From: Cyanobacteria bacterium P01_A01_bin.123
GTDB taxonomy: Bacteria; Cyanobacteriota; Cyanobacteriia; Phormidesmidales; Phormidesmidaceae
Direction of reading: 5' to 3'
Length of the DNA: 64,000 bases
NCBI GenBank assembly: GCA_039815185.1
Contig: JBCBZT010000011.1
Coordinates: 128,474-192,473, forward strand
The notes beneath the pieces were generated by a model, which saw only the letters and a list, made by a program, of their open reading frames with translations, made no database searches and was not told the origin of the DNA. The translations under genes and the position numbers were made by a program. Below are positions 52,284 to 63,687 of this stretch, piece by piece (position 1 is the first letter of the stretch; the number at the start of each line of letters is the position of its first letter).

Positions 52284-53237
52284 CTATAGCCCCACAGCGG
52301 ACGCCTCTTCATAACGGCCTAATTTACGCAGTGCTATGCTTTTGCTCTTGAGGGCTTGGTAGTCGTCAGGTTTGATGGCGAGAGCGGCATTATAGGAAGC
52401 GATCGCTTCCTCATAGCGATCTAACTCACCCAATGCATAGCCTTTGTTGATGAGGGCTTGGTGGTCGTCAGATTTGATGGCGAGGGCAGCAGCATAGGAT
52501 GCGATCGCCGCTTCAAAGTTTTGATCGGCAGCGAATAAATTACCTTGTTCAAATGCAAGATCAGCATGCTCAATGAGAGGCAATTCATATTCTTCGAGCA
52601 AGCTTTGAGCCGAAAGGATTTTGTCTCTGCGTTCTTGGGGGCTGAGCAAACAGTATTTTTCATAATTGGCCTCAGCCCAAATCTTAGAGGATTCTGATTG
52701 CAGCCCTTCTTTATCCATTACAAATTCAAACGCCCCCGAGTGCCAATCAAAGAAGTCAGGGGCACGATGGATGAAGTATCTCAACGCAAACCGAGGCACT
52801 AGAAATACAAAACAAATGTCGAAATCTTTGAATCGCTCTCGGCTTAAATTGAGGTAACCCAAGAGTCGCGGGACCCCTTTCCAGCTATAGCCATACCGAT
52901 CTTTACTGCTAGTCCAAAGCTTGTGATTTTCATAATCATAGAGGGAATGTTCAATTCCTTGGATGAACAGTACGTCGATTTGCTCCCGATTGGGTAGCGT
53001 GTTTACCCGGTCATAAAAGTTTTCAATGGGTTCCGTCAATGTCAGCACATCAATGCGCTTGTTGGCCACATCCTGCCGCACCCGTTTCACCAACCGTGCC
53101 CCTTCTGCAGGAGAACAGCGAACAAAATACAGGCCAAACCCATCAACCCAGTTTAGAGCTCGAAGCAGCGCTTGATAGTCTTCCTTAGGTTCTGCAGCGA
53201 GGTCTTGATCCCAACGGGTTAAATCAGCTTGACTCAT
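52284..53237 (-). CDS. TPR protein with N-terminal 'LN..RE..APDFFDW' domain
   Basis: GFGLYFVRC, LNLSRE, RAPDFFDW, then ~3 TPRs. Confidence 0.8.
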   Translation of the reverse strand: MSQADLTRWDQDLAAEPKEDYQALLRALNWVDGFGLYFVRCSPAEGARLVKRVRQDVANKRIDVLTLTEPIENFYDRVNTLPNREQIDVLFIQGIEHSLYDYENHKLWTSSKDRYGYSWKGVPRLLGYLNLSRERFKDFDICFVFLVPRFALRYFIHRAPDFFDWHSGAFEFVMDKEGLQSESSKIWAEANYEKYCLLSPQERRDKILSAQSLLEEYELPLIEHADLAFEQGNLFAADQNFEAAIASYAAALAIKSDDHQALINKGYALGELDRYEEAIASYNAALAIKPDDYQALKSKSIALRKLGRYEEASAVGL

Positions 53238-53395
53238 GAAGATATAGCTTTTAGGGCATCTTGAAATTGTGGTATGCCTCTAATCAAAAGATGAACATCA
53301 CGCCAACGGTATAGGTCACCGCTGTCATTACTGTAGCGATATTCTAAAATGCAGCGATTAAACAACGGTTCTCAATAAGCTGCCTCATCTAATAA
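53234..53395 (-). pseudogene. C-terminal remnant of an ATP-binding protein gene
   Basis: Y*EPLFNRCILEYRY...WRDVHLLI..IPQFQDAL*; its TGA overlaps the downstream ATG. Confidence 0.55.
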
Positions 53396-53424
53396 AGTAT
53401 CCTTCTAACTTATCGCCTAATTCC

Positions 53425-55059
53425 CTATCTAAACCAACGCAACAAAAGCCTCAGTACCCTTCCCAGCACAGAAAACCAAGGGTTCTTCGGTCGGGTTTCA
53501 AGCAACTTAACTAGCGCAATGATGGATGCTTTAAACCGACCGAGTCTCACTAACGTCCGAAATTTATTTTTAAGCGCTTTGCGATAGTCAGGTTTGATCG
53601 CCAGGGCCGCATCATAGGTCTTGAGTGCGGCCTGATAACGCCCTAGCTGATGCTGTACTAGCCCCTTGTTATTGAGCGCTTGATAGTAATTGGGGTTGAT
53701 CGCCAAGGCCGCATTATAAGCCTTAAGCGCGGTTCTATAGCGCCCTAGCTGACGTAGCGCAATCCCTTTGCTGTTAAGCGTCTTGGGCAAATCAGGCCTA
53801 ATGGCCAACGCGGCATCATAAGCGGCGATCGCGTCCTCATAGCAACTTAATTTTTGCAGCGCAAAGCCTTTATTATTAAGTGCTTGTTGATAGTCGGGTT
53901 TGATTGCTAACACAGCCTCATAGGCTGAGATCGCGGCCTTATATCGACCTAAATCGGCCAGGATAATGCCTTTGTTATAGAGTGCTTCGTAGTGGTTGGG
54001 TTTGATCGCCAAAGCAGCATCATAGGCGGCAATCGCTTCCTCATGCCGTCCCAACTGAGTCAGCGCCATGCCCTTATCATTCAGCACAACGTAGTAGTCA
54101 GATTTGATCGTCAAGGCAGCGTCATAGGCAACGATCGCGTCTCGATATCGTCCTAAATTAGCCAGCGCAGTCCCTTTGTCATAGAGCACGCCATAAGCAT
54201 TGGGTTTGATCACCAAGGCAATGTCATAGGCCACGATCGCCTTCCGATATCGCCCCAAACCAGCCAGCAAGGTGCCTTTGCCGTAGAGCGCTTCCGTGCA
54301 GTTGGGCCTGATGATCAAAGCGGCATTATAGGCCGCGATCGCTTCCTCATAGCGTCCCAAATCAGCCAGGGCAGCACCTTTATTATGGAGTGCCTCGTAG
54401 TAATCCGGTTTGATCGCCAAGGCGCTATTGTAGGCGGCGATCGCGTCTCGATGTCGCCCGAGATCAGCCAGCATAGCGCCTTTGCCGTAAAGCGCCTCGT
54501 AGCAGTTGGGCCTGATCGTCAAGGCCACATTATAGGCGGCGATGGCTTCCTCATGTCGTCCTAAATCAGCCAGTACAGTCCCTTTGCCGTTGAGTGCTTC
54601 GTAGTCATTGGGTTTGATCGCCAAGGCAGCGTCATAGGCCGCGATCGCGTCTCGATGCCGTTCTAAATTAGCCAGCGCCGCCCCTTTGCCACTAAGCGCT
54701 TCATGGTACTTAGGTTTAATCACTAAGGCAGCGTTATAGGCCACGATCGCCGCTTCACATCGCCCTAATTCAAGCAGCGCCATACCTTTACGATAAAGGA
54801 CTTGGTAGAAGTCAGGTTTGATCGCTAGGGCAGCATCATAGGCCGCGATCGCCGCTTCAAATTTTTGATCGGCAACCAAGCTCAAACCTTGTTCAAATAA
54901 AAGATCAGCTTTTGGGGTGGGTGATACTTGTGCTGTTACTGGCGGGCTGTGAATGGAGAGAGTCTTGCTTCTGCCCCGCGGCGTTGACGAGACATAATTT
55001 TTATAGTTAGAAGTGCCGCGGTTATTTCTGCGTCGGCGGCTTAACTCATCTCGGCTCAT
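53425..55059 (-). CDS. TPR protein with 13-14 highly similar 34-aa repeats
   Basis: Repeating YEAL.NKG.AL..LGRY.EAIAAY.AAL.IKP (102-bp units). Confidence 0.92.
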   Translation of the reverse strand: MSRDELSRRRRNNRGTSNYKNYVSSTPRGRSKTLSIHSPPVTAQVSPTPKADLLFEQGLSLVADQKFEAAIAAYDAALAIKPDFYQVLYRKGMALLELGRCEAAIVAYNAALVIKPKYHEALSGKGAALANLERHRDAIAAYDAALAIKPNDYEALNGKGTVLADLGRHEEAIAAYNVALTIRPNCYEALYGKGAMLADLGRHRDAIAAYNSALAIKPDYYEALHNKGAALADLGRYEEAIAAYNAALIIRPNCTEALYGKGTLLAGLGRYRKAIVAYDIALVIKPNAYGVLYDKGTALANLGRYRDAIVAYDAALTIKSDYYVVLNDKGMALTQLGRHEEAIAAYDAALAIKPNHYEALYNKGIILADLGRYKAAISAYEAVLAIKPDYQQALNNKGFALQKLSCYEDAIAAYDAALAIRPDLPKTLNSKGIALRQLGRYRTALKAYNAALAINPNYYQALNNKGLVQHQLGRYQAALKTYDAALAIKPDYRKALKNKFRTLVRLGRFKASIIALVKLLETRPKNPWFSVLGRVLRLLLRWFR

Positions 55060-55234
55060 GGTGATGGTGCTGCTAGGGCAGGCAGATTAAAACTATCTAT
55101 ACTTACTGCGATCCAGACGTCTACTCCGGGCCAAACGTCTTTTGCAATGCACCCGAGCCAATAATTACTACTAATACTGATTCGTTAGTCAGTGATAAAG
55201 TTTCCTTATTGCCTATTTTCTTCAGCTTAATTGC

Positions 55235-58060
55235 TTAATTCTCTGTGGTAGGGGTTTCGGCAGGCAGAATATTAGATGTCGTTTGATTAAGCTGCTGCAA
55301 AATTGATTCAAGCTGCTGTTGGGTTTCGCCATACAGCTGCCAATTTTGTTCTTGGAGAGCTGCCTGGCCTTGTTGATAGACCTCCAGTGCCTGTTGAATC
55401 AACTGAGTAGTTTGACTATCGAGCACCGGGGCAGTATCTACAGCTTGATCCGGTACGGCCTGATCCGGTGCTATGATGTCAATTTCTCCAAAAAGGCTGG
55501 TCAGCGCACCCGCCAAATCATTGGCCATTACCGTTTGATCGCCGTAGGCCATAATCACTCGCTTGAGTTCAGGTAGTTCTCCTTGCTCTGCTCGCAAATA
55601 GACGGGTTCAACATATAGCAACGATTGTTCGATCGGAATCACTAACAGATCCCCCCGAATTACCCGCGACCCTTCTTGACTCCACAACGTGAGCTGTTGC
55701 GAAATCTCAGGATTTTGATCGATGCGAGCCTCGATTTGGCTGGGGCCGTATACCAGTTCTTGTTTAGGAAACTCATAGAGTAACTGCTTACCATAGGCGT
55801 CACCATCAGAGCGGGCGGCAAACCAGGCCACCATGTTGTCTTTATCAACTGGGGTAAAGGGCACAATCAGCATAAACTCATTGACCTCGGCCTCAGGCAG
55901 TCGCATGATCACGTAATAAGGCTCGACCAGTACGACATCACCCTCATATACCTGGGACGGAAACTGCCACACATCCTCTCGGTTGTAGAACACTTCCGGG
56001 TTGGCCATATGGTAAGTCTGGTACATCTGCGCCTGAATCTTGAAGAAATCCAGAGGATAGCGGAAATGAGCTTTGATCGCCGCAGGTGCTGCCTCCTCGG
56101 GTTCAAATAGCTCTGGAAAAATCTCAGCGTAGGTCGCTAACACTGGATCATTGGGGTCAATCGCAAAAAATCGCATCGTGCCGTCGTAGGCATCCACCAC
56201 CACCTTGACTGCATCGCGCACATAATTGGCCCGTTGCTGAGCAATGCGGCCAATATTGCTTGAGTTTTCGGTCAATATGGCGTCTAAATTATTGCTGCGA
56301 AACAAGGGCTCGGAATAAGGATAGCGATCGCTGATGGTGTAAGCATCCACAATCCACTGGAGCCGACCATCAATCACCGCAATGTAGGGATCATTATCTA
56401 ACTGCAAAAAGGGCGCCACGTGGCGCACCCGCTCCATCACTTGTCGATAATAGTGAATCTTTGACTCTGGGCCAAAATAGTTTGAAATCAGGATTTTGAA
56501 GCTGCCTGTTCTCAAAGCATAAACCAGCCGCCGCCAGAGAGACCCCATGGGAACGCCGCCCAAACCGTCATAGCGGGTAAGGGCATTGCTCTCCCCTTGG
56601 GGGTAGTCAAACTCATCGGTGCTGGTGCCTGTAAAGATATAGCTATTGGTTTCTTCCCCGTAATAGAGCCGCGATTGATCCAGGGTTAAATCCGTTGTGG
56701 TTTGGGGCGGCACATTTTGAAAAAACAGTTCTGGCAACCCGTCTGGTGTAACCTGATTGACTGGACTCATGACCAAGCCAAACCCGTGGGTATATTTCAA
56801 CCGCTGGTTCACCCAGGTCTTTGCCTGCTGGGGAACTTGCTCGTAGGCCAGTTCACGGGGGGCCAACATCACCTGCCGATAGTCACCGTTGAGGGTGTAA
56901 CGGTCGATATCCACATCTTTGAAGCGATAATACAGGCGAATCTCTTGGAGCTGCTTATAGGTGCTCAGCAGCGGACGATAGTCCCATAGGCGAATGTTGT
57001 CGAGGGTGGATTGATTACGCGCCAGTGCTTCACTGCTGAGGGGCTGGTCGGCCGGAAAGGCTTCGCTTTGAATTTGCTCTAGACCATAGGCTGTACGGGT
57101 GAATTGAATATTGTGTTCAATGTAGGGGCGCTCTTTTTCTAGTTCGTTAGGGGCCACGATAAATTGCTGCTGAAACCAGGGGTATCCCACATTCACCACC
57201 AGCAACGCCACCCCATACATGGCAATGCCAAAGCTGGGCAAGGAAAACCCACTGCGCCCCAGCGATATGATAAATAACGCCGCCACGCCCAAGGTGACCC
57301 CGGCCATCAGCCAATAGGATTGCAAACGGGCATGCACATCGGTGTAGCCCGCGCCAAACACTGTACCGCTAGAAGAGTATAGGATTTCGTAGCGTGCTAG
57401 CCAAAACCCTACGGCAATGGTTACCGCGATCGCAGCCAGCAAAAGGCACAAATGAGTTTTTGCTTCTCCAGTCAAGAAATATTTCCAACCGCGCTCCGGA
57501 CGGATTTCTCCTTTCAGGCCATACACCGCCAAAGCAATCAAGCTACTCCACAGCAGCAAGCCCAAAATGCCCCGCTGCAACCCTTCATAAAAAGGCAATT
57601 GAAAGATATAAAAGCTCAAATCCAAACCAAAAATAGGGTCTTGGATGGCGAAGGCCGTAGGATTCAGATACTTCAGAATGATTTCCCAGGCAGAGCGTCC
57701 ATTATTGGCGGCGACAAAAGACAACACTACAATCGCAATTAAAACCGTGTAGCGTGGCAGGTGCTTCGCATAGGGGCGCAGGTTCGTATTTTCAATCAGG
57801 GTATAGCTGCGATCGCGAGTTAACCGCAACGCCATCAAATAGTTCGCCCCAAGCAAAATCCCGTAGGCTGCAAACGTACCCAGCCAAATCACAATCTGCC
57901 AGGAGATACGGGTCCAAAAAATTTGCTCAAACCCAACTGTGCTAAACCACCAAGACTCAGTGAGCAGCGTGATTAGCGTTCTTAACGACAGCAGAAACCC
58001 AGCAACGACAGCAAAGGCAATAATCCAAAACGGCGAGATAGTTGGGAGAGTTCTCTTCAC
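55235..58060 (-). CDS. UPF0182 membrane protein
   Basis: DPIFG.D.SFY.F.LP, GAGYTDV.A, NIRLWD.RP, YTHGFG, LLYVEPVYL. Confidence 0.93.
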   Translation of the reverse strand: MKRTLPTISPFWIIAFAVVAGFLLSLRTLITLLTESWWFSTVGFEQIFWTRISWQIVIWLGTFAAYGILLGANYLMALRLTRDRSYTLIENTNLRPYAKHLPRYTVLIAIVVLSFVAANNGRSAWEIILKYLNPTAFAIQDPIFGLDLSFYIFQLPFYEGLQRGILGLLLWSSLIALAVYGLKGEIRPERGWKYFLTGEAKTHLCLLLAAIAVTIAVGFWLARYEILYSSSGTVFGAGYTDVHARLQSYWLMAGVTLGVAALFIISLGRSGFSLPSFGIAMYGVALLVVNVGYPWFQQQFIVAPNELEKERPYIEHNIQFTRTAYGLEQIQSEAFPADQPLSSEALARNQSTLDNIRLWDYRPLLSTYKQLQEIRLYYRFKDVDIDRYTLNGDYRQVMLAPRELAYEQVPQQAKTWVNQRLKYTHGFGLVMSPVNQVTPDGLPELFFQNVPPQTTTDLTLDQSRLYYGEETNSYIFTGTSTDEFDYPQGESNALTRYDGLGGVPMGSLWRRLVYALRTGSFKILISNYFGPESKIHYYRQVMERVRHVAPFLQLDNDPYIAVIDGRLQWIVDAYTISDRYPYSEPLFRSNNLDAILTENSSNIGRIAQQRANYVRDAVKVVVDAYDGTMRFFAIDPNDPVLATYAEIFPELFEPEEAAPAAIKAHFRYPLDFFKIQAQMYQTYHMANPEVFYNREDVWQFPSQVYEGDVVLVEPYYVIMRLPEAEVNEFMLIVPFTPVDKDNMVAWFAARSDGDAYGKQLLYEFPKQELVYGPSQIEARIDQNPEISQQLTLWSQEGSRVIRGDLLVIPIEQSLLYVEPVYLRAEQGELPELKRVIMAYGDQTVMANDLAGALTSLFGEIDIIAPDQAVPDQAVDTAPVLDSQTTQLIQQALEVYQQGQAALQEQNWQLYGETQQQLESILQQLNQTTSNILPAETPTTEN

Positions 58061-58170
58061 AGTGGGGCAGTTTACCTACGTCGCATCAACAGGTTGGCTA
58101 GGGGCGAGGAGATATCCTGCCCAGCTATACCTCTAGCTTAACCCTGTCCCAGGATAGAGCTTTTAATCCC

Positions 58171-60027
58171 CTAAGCATTAAGTCGTTTCGGTTTGGCAGC
58201 TGGTTTGGTCTGCATAGTCATACGCTCAAAGCTAAGCGCCACAACGCCAAGGGTCACCATCATCACCCCGCCCCATTGCACAATGTGTAGGGCAGATTGT
58301 GCACCGGGGGTCAGAAAACCAGCCAAAATCGCGGTTACCACTGGGCCACTAGAAGCCACAATCGACGCTTGGGCAGCACCCATCAACCGTACGCCATAGT
58401 TATTGAACAGGTAGCCAAATAGGGTCAATACACCCAGCAACAGCACCGCAATCATCAAGGCTGGCAGACTGCTAGGTTCCTGGATTTCCAGACCAAACAA
58501 AGGAGCCCCTAGGCGTTGACAGACTAACAACACCGTGACGCTGATTCCCGTCAGCCCTAAGATCGTCGTAAATTGCAACAGCGTTACGGGAACCGGGTGC
58601 AGCTTGCGGAAGCTAATCTGCATTGAGATCAGATACAGGGCAAAAGCAATACTCGATAAGATGGCTGCTACAATGCCCCAGGCAGAGAGTTCAGCACTCG
58701 ATAAGCTGTTGGAAATGCGCGGCCAGGCCACAAAGAAAATCCCCAGGGTAATAGCAAACATCACCCCTACGCGTAAAGATGAAGGGCGATCACCAAATAA
58801 AAACCACGCCAACGGCACTGTAAACAGCGGATACATAAACAGCAGCGTCACCGCCACCCCAGCCCCCACATCGGGGATTGCCTTATAAATCAAGACCTGG
58901 GATGTAAACAAGAAAAAGCCGCTGCTCAACACCTGCAAAATTGGCAGTCGCTGCCCCTTCTTCAGAAACTGGTTTAAGTCTCTCCATACCTGAGGATAAA
59001 GCCGCTGGGCAACAATCGCCATTAAAGGCAGAACAACCACCATGCGGAAAAACAACAGCAGCAGCGAATTCGGAATATTCAAGGGTAGGATTGGGCTAAG
59101 GGGCAAAACCCCCAAAAATTGAGCCCCAAATCCGATAATGCTGACCATCACATTGTGAAACGATAGCGCCAGGGTCGAGAGAATAATTAAAATCAGACCC
59201 TTACGCATCGTAGACAGTTGCGAACCGACTTTAGGAGTAACTGGCGGACGCGCCGATTGTGGCATTGGTTGTGGCATTGATCGGGGTGCAGCCATAGCAG
59301 CGTGTCCCACAGTGGCTTCACTGCCCATGCCAGGTATGGGCAGGGGGGCGCTATATCCCTGAATCCCAGGAAACTGGGTTTGAACATTCGTGATGTGATC
59401 TTTAAGCTGTACACTCAAGCGATTGACCAACGCTTCTAAAATGACCTCGCCTTGCTGCTCCATATTGTGCATGCGGCTGATTTGTTGCGACAGCGCACTT
59501 TGATAGCTATGGAGGTCTTGCTGGAGCGATTGCAGTGTGCCACCGATAGTGGAATCGAGGGACGCGACTAGCCGCTGCATGTTTTCAACGGAGGGGCTAT
59601 TGGTTGGGAATTGACCAGGCACTAATTGGCCTGGATTAATGCCTGCTTGAGATGGGGGCATCTGACCCACCATCTGGGGTGACAGCCCCTCTGCAAGCCG
59701 GGCTTGTAAATGAGTGGCAAGGGCCTGGGCCAGACGTTTTGCCCAAATTTGCTGCTGAGCAACTTGCTGTTCAGAGAGGGCTACATCGCGCTCAGATTTG
59801 AGCGCATAGTAAGCTTCCTGGAGGGCTTCATATTCGCCCTGCAGATCGCCAATATCATCGACCAAACGAGCCTTCTCGCCTTTCAATCGTTCGATATCTC
59901 CAGCCAACTGCCCTGAGAAATTCTGCTGAAGCTGCCCCAAATCTTGAGAGAGCCTTTGCAGAATTTCCATTGCCTGGGACGACTCGCCGTCGCCTAACTG
60001 GTTCGGTAGATTGTCAAACTGCCCCAT
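58171..60027 (-). CDS. sepJ: SepJ (FraG)-like septal protein: coiled coil, Pro-rich linker, EamA/DMT permease
   Basis: Starts MGQFD; coiled coil with LAQALA.HL and LD.T...LQQDL..YQS.LSQQ; P/Q-rich linker; ~10-TM DMT domain. Confidence 0.75.
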   Translation of the reverse strand: MGQFDNLPNQLGDGESSQAMEILQRLSQDLGQLQQNFSGQLAGDIERLKGEKARLVDDIGDLQGEYEALQEAYYALKSERDVALSEQQVAQQQIWAKRLAQALATHLQARLAEGLSPQMVGQMPPSQAGINPGQLVPGQFPTNSPSVENMQRLVASLDSTIGGTLQSLQQDLHSYQSALSQQISRMHNMEQQGEVILEALVNRLSVQLKDHITNVQTQFPGIQGYSAPLPIPGMGSEATVGHAAMAAPRSMPQPMPQSARPPVTPKVGSQLSTMRKGLILIILSTLALSFHNVMVSIIGFGAQFLGVLPLSPILPLNIPNSLLLLFFRMVVVLPLMAIVAQRLYPQVWRDLNQFLKKGQRLPILQVLSSGFFLFTSQVLIYKAIPDVGAGVAVTLLFMYPLFTVPLAWFLFGDRPSSLRVGVMFAITLGIFFVAWPRISNSLSSAELSAWGIVAAILSSIAFALYLISMQISFRKLHPVPVTLLQFTTILGLTGISVTVLLVCQRLGAPLFGLEIQEPSSLPALMIAVLLLGVLTLFGYLFNNYGVRLMGAAQASIVASSGPVVTAILAGFLTPGAQSALHIVQWGGVMMVTLGVVALSFERMTMQTKPAAKPKRLNA

Positions 60028-60433
60028 GCCTCTGTGACCCTTAATGGTTTTTACCCGAACTTCCTCCAAGCGAACTTAGTCGGAAAGCCGTGAGTGAGTA
60101 ATTGCTGCTGGTTTGCTCAACATAATCGAAAAATTCCCATGATTGGGGAAACAGTGATCAGGTGACCATTTCAGGTCAAAATTAACGCATCTTGTAAATC
60201 AAGGGGTAACTCGGGCAATGAGTCCGCAACATTTTGCAATCCCAACCTGCGCCAAACCCGACCAAACTTGATTAGGCTACTGGCCGACCAAACAGCTCTA
60301 AGGGTTAAGGTGCCCAGATAAATTTGAAAATTAGCACAGCTGGTTAAGGGGCTCTGATTGGGATTCAAAAGGCTCGGTGGGGCAGGAAGCCAGAAGTCAG
60401 GTTCAGCAGCGAGAGAGCTCTAGTAAGCGAGGT

Positions 60434-61321
60434 TCAATTGGCATGGCGAGCCAAAATTTGCTGGATAACCCGAGTCAGGACGTGGGGTTGTTCTACCATG
60501 GCCAAGTGGCCGCAATGCTCCAGCCCAATCACATTTCCAGGAGAGGTCTGAAATAAGGGGTGGAAGCTGGCCAAGTGGTTTACATATTTAAGTTCAATCA
60601 CCCGATCTTGCTGCCCTGCAACGAAGTAAGTCGGTTGCCCTAACGAAGACACAACCTGGGGTAACAGATGTACCTCTGCCTCAGTCGTGGAATCTAACAA
60701 TGTACCCAGGGCGGCGGTACGGTGAGCAGCGACGAGATCTGCCAATCGCTGCTTACCCCAACAGCGCGCTAGGGGAGTCGCGACCATCATACGGCTAAAG
60801 ATAGTATCCAGTAATGGCACCTGGGCTAACCATTTAGCTCGAAATTTAATGATTTGCTGGCCAGCATTACGAAACCGTTGAAAGTCTTCTCGGATGTAAA
60901 TGCCACCCCCGACGTTGATGCCAATCACCCCCTGCACCAGTTCGGGGGCCAGATGGGCTGCCCAAAGCGCAATGCTACCGCCTAGGGAATGTCCCAGCAA
61001 CCAGGCCTGACAAATACCTAAATGCTTGAGTAGCGAAATTAGATCTACGGCGTAGGCAGCTAATCCGTAGGGGGACGATGTCGGGTGAAACTGGCTATGG
61101 GCGGGTAAAGATTGTCGCTGTTCGAGCTGTTGAATCGAGTTGCCGAACCCCCGCAGGTCGTAGGTCAAACATTGATACTGGGGTGCGAGTTGTTCGATCA
61201 GGGGGTGCCAGTAGTGCCGACTCAGCAACCAACCGTGAACAAACACAAGTACCTGGCCTGACGGGACAGGTTCTGTCAGGGTATACGCGTGCGGAACGCC
61301 CAGGACATTAAGACTTGTCAT
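60434..61321 (-). CDS. Alpha/beta hydrolase
   Basis: FVHGW, YDLRGFG, GHSLGG, CGHLAMVE. Confidence 0.9.
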   Translation of the reverse strand: MTSLNVLGVPHAYTLTEPVPSGQVLVFVHGWLLSRHYWHPLIEQLAPQYQCLTYDLRGFGNSIQQLEQRQSLPAHSQFHPTSSPYGLAAYAVDLISLLKHLGICQAWLLGHSLGGSIALWAAHLAPELVQGVIGINVGGGIYIREDFQRFRNAGQQIIKFRAKWLAQVPLLDTIFSRMMVATPLARCWGKQRLADLVAAHRTAALGTLLDSTTEAEVHLLPQVVSSLGQPTYFVAGQQDRVIELKYVNHLASFHPLFQTSPGNVIGLEHCGHLAMVEQPHVLTRVIQQILARHAN

Positions 61322-61488
61322 TCTTTCATCCTACTATTCCGAGAGGCCAGAACGATCGGTGACCCCTTTAGTCCCTCCCTACGGGATTTCCTATGGGGCT
61401 TTTGTAGAAATCAGCATAAAGAACTTCTGCCTAGCTTCTGAGGTTTTGCCTAACCCGACCATTCCGGCAAAGATCTATCTCTCCAAGC

Positions 61489-63393
61489 TCATCCCTTCAT
61501 TGCGGGTTGCCGATCGCGCATTTCCAGGTAGACCAACAACGCATTGATATCTGCAGGGTTGACGCCGCCAAGGCGCATGGCTTGGCCCAGGGTAAGGGGT
61601 TTGATGTGGTTGAGTTTTTCGCGAGCTTCTTTAGAGAGCGTTTCGATTTGCTGGTAGTCCAACCCTTGGGGGAGCGGGCGGCTCGCATTGCGGCTGGCCA
61701 TGTCAATCTGGTTTTGCTGCCGTTGGATATAGCCAGAGTATTTAATGTCGATTTCGGCCCCTTCTTTTTCAGCAGGGGTCAACTCACTTTGTCCTAACCC
61801 GTATTCCTCAAGCTGACGATAATGCAAGCCCGGTCGTCGTAACAAATCGGCCAGGGTAATGGAACCTTTAATCCGCTGTTGGGTATCGGAGGCGATGCGC
61901 ACACCCACCTCCTCCTGTTCTTTGACACGAGTGATGTGGAGCCGTTCTTTTTCGGCGGCAATATGTGCTTGCTTTTGAGTGAACTGCTGCCAGCGGCGAT
62001 CGCAGATTAAGCCAATCTCTCGTCCCAATGGCGTTAACCGCTGGTCAGCATTGTCAGAGCGCAACACCAATCGATATTCAGATCGGGACGTAAACATGCG
62101 GTAGGGTTCTCGCAGGTCTTTCGTACACAGATCATCAATTAAGGTGCCGATATAGCTTTGTTCTCGGGCAAAGATCACCTCCGGTTGACTGCGGACATAG
62201 CGAACGGCATTGATGCCCGCCACTAACCCCTGGGCAGCGGCTTCCTCATACCCGGTAGTGCCGTTAATTTGTCCAGCACAAAACAGCCCCGCGACACGCT
62301 TAGTCATCAGGGTGGGGAAACACTGGGTCGCAGGTAAATAGTCATATTCCACGGCATAGGCCGGACGCAGCATGGCGCACTGCTCTAAGCCGGGTAGCGA
62401 TCGCAGCAGTTGCAACTGTAACTTCTCAGGTAACCCAGTGGAAAAACCCTGGATATAGAGTTCGTGGCTGTCTCGACCTTCTGGCTCAATAAAAATTTGA
62501 TGGCTTTCTTTGTCAGCAAAGCGGACGATTTTGTCTTCGATGCTGGGACAATATCGTGGTCCCTTGGCATCTACCCAGCCGCCGTAGATTGGCGACAGGT
62601 GCAAATTATCGCGGATGAGTTGGTGGGTTTCAGCCGTAGTATGGGTCAGGTGACACGGTATTTGCTCACGCTCGACCCAAACCGTTGGGTCAAAGCTGAA
62701 CCAGCGTAAGGCCTCATCCCCCGGTTGGGGTTCCATTTGATCGAAATTCACCGATCGCCGATCAACCCGAGCGGGCGTCCCCGTTTTTAGCCGTCCGGTT
62801 TCAAACCCCAAGCGATTCAATGTATCGGTTAACCCTTCGGCCGCAAATTCCCCGGCGCGACCCGCCGCCATGGATTTATCCCCCACCCAGATGCGACCGC
62901 CGAGGAAGGTACCTGTGGTGAGGATCACCGTTTGGCAACGAAAGGCAACCCCAAAATAGGTTTCAACCCCAATTACCTGATCGTTGTCATCCAGCACTAG
63001 ATCTGTCACCATGCCCTCTCGCAAGGTGAGGTTGGGCTGATTTTCAACGATGCCCTTCATGATGGCCGCGTATTCGCGTTTATCCGTTTGTGCCCGCAAT
63101 GCCCACACCGCTGGTCCCCGAGAGTTGTTGAGCACCCGCTTTTGTAGGTAAGTGCGATCGGCCATTTTGCCAATTTCGCCACCGAGCGCATCAACTTCGT
63201 GGGTCAGCTGAGATTTAGCAGGGCCACCTACAGCAGGGTTACAGGGCTGCCAAGCAATTTTGTCCAGGTTTAAGGTCAATAGCAAAGTTGAACATCCGAG
63301 TCGCGCCGTGGCCAAGGCCGCTTCACAACCTGCGTGGCCTGCGCCGACGACAATGACGTCATATTCTTCTAGGAAGTCAACGGTGGCAGTCAT
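61489..63393 (-). CDS. mnmG: tRNA modification enzyme MnmG (GidA)
   Basis: [51 protein letters not shown]. Confidence 0.97.
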   Translation of the reverse strand: MTATVDFLEEYDVIVVGAGHAGCEAALATARLGCSTLLLTLNLDKIAWQPCNPAVGGPAKSQLTHEVDALGGEIGKMADRTYLQKRVLNNSRGPAVWALRAQTDKREYAAIMKGIVENQPNLTLREGMVTDLVLDDNDQVIGVETYFGVAFRCQTVILTTGTFLGGRIWVGDKSMAAGRAGEFAAEGLTDTLNRLGFETGRLKTGTPARVDRRSVNFDQMEPQPGDEALRWFSFDPTVWVEREQIPCHLTHTTAETHQLIRDNLHLSPIYGGWVDAKGPRYCPSIEDKIVRFADKESHQIFIEPEGRDSHELYIQGFSTGLPEKLQLQLLRSLPGLEQCAMLRPAYAVEYDYLPATQCFPTLMTKRVAGLFCAGQINGTTGYEEAAAQGLVAGINAVRYVRSQPEVIFAREQSYIGTLIDDLCTKDLREPYRMFTSRSEYRLVLRSDNADQRLTPLGREIGLICDRRWQQFTQKQAHIAAEKERLHITRVKEQEEVGVRIASDTQQRIKGSITLADLLRRPGLHYRQLEEYGLGQSELTPAEKEGAEIDIKYSGYIQRQQNQIDMASRNASRPLPQGLDYQQIETLSKEAREKLNHIKPLTLGQAMRLGGVNPADINALLVYLEMRDRQPAMKG

Positions 63394-63552
63394 TTTTGAG
63401 GAGGGTTTGGGTGGTTATGGGGGTGGGTAAAGCCGACCGTAAGATGGGCAGAGCTTTTAGTGCCCATTCAAATCCTGAGCACTGTACACCTAACAGATGA
63501 GCAAAACTTTCACATACCAAGTCTAAGATATTGCATACCTGGATTAGGACTT

Positions 63553-63687
63553 TTGGCTAATCCTACAGATGAAGGAGGCAAAGGAGCAGCTCGGCCAACG
63601 CGTTTCAAGCTTACGAAACGACTCCGCTCAGTTAGCAGGCTTTGTGGGCCAGACGGGTCACGAACTGAGCGACGGCTGTATGTGTAA
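63553..63687 (+). CDS. Possible 44-aa small protein
   Basis: AGGA then TTG; MANPTDEGGKGAARPTRFKLTKRLRSVSRLCGPDGSRTERRLYV. Confidence 0.3.
   Translation: MANPTDEGGKGAARPTRFKLTKRLRSVSRLCGPDGSRTERRLYV

Noticed and set aside
53425..55059. 102-bp periodic repeats as CRISPR or DGR repeats
   Set aside because: They are in-frame TPR coding units; no cas or reverse transcriptase gene is present
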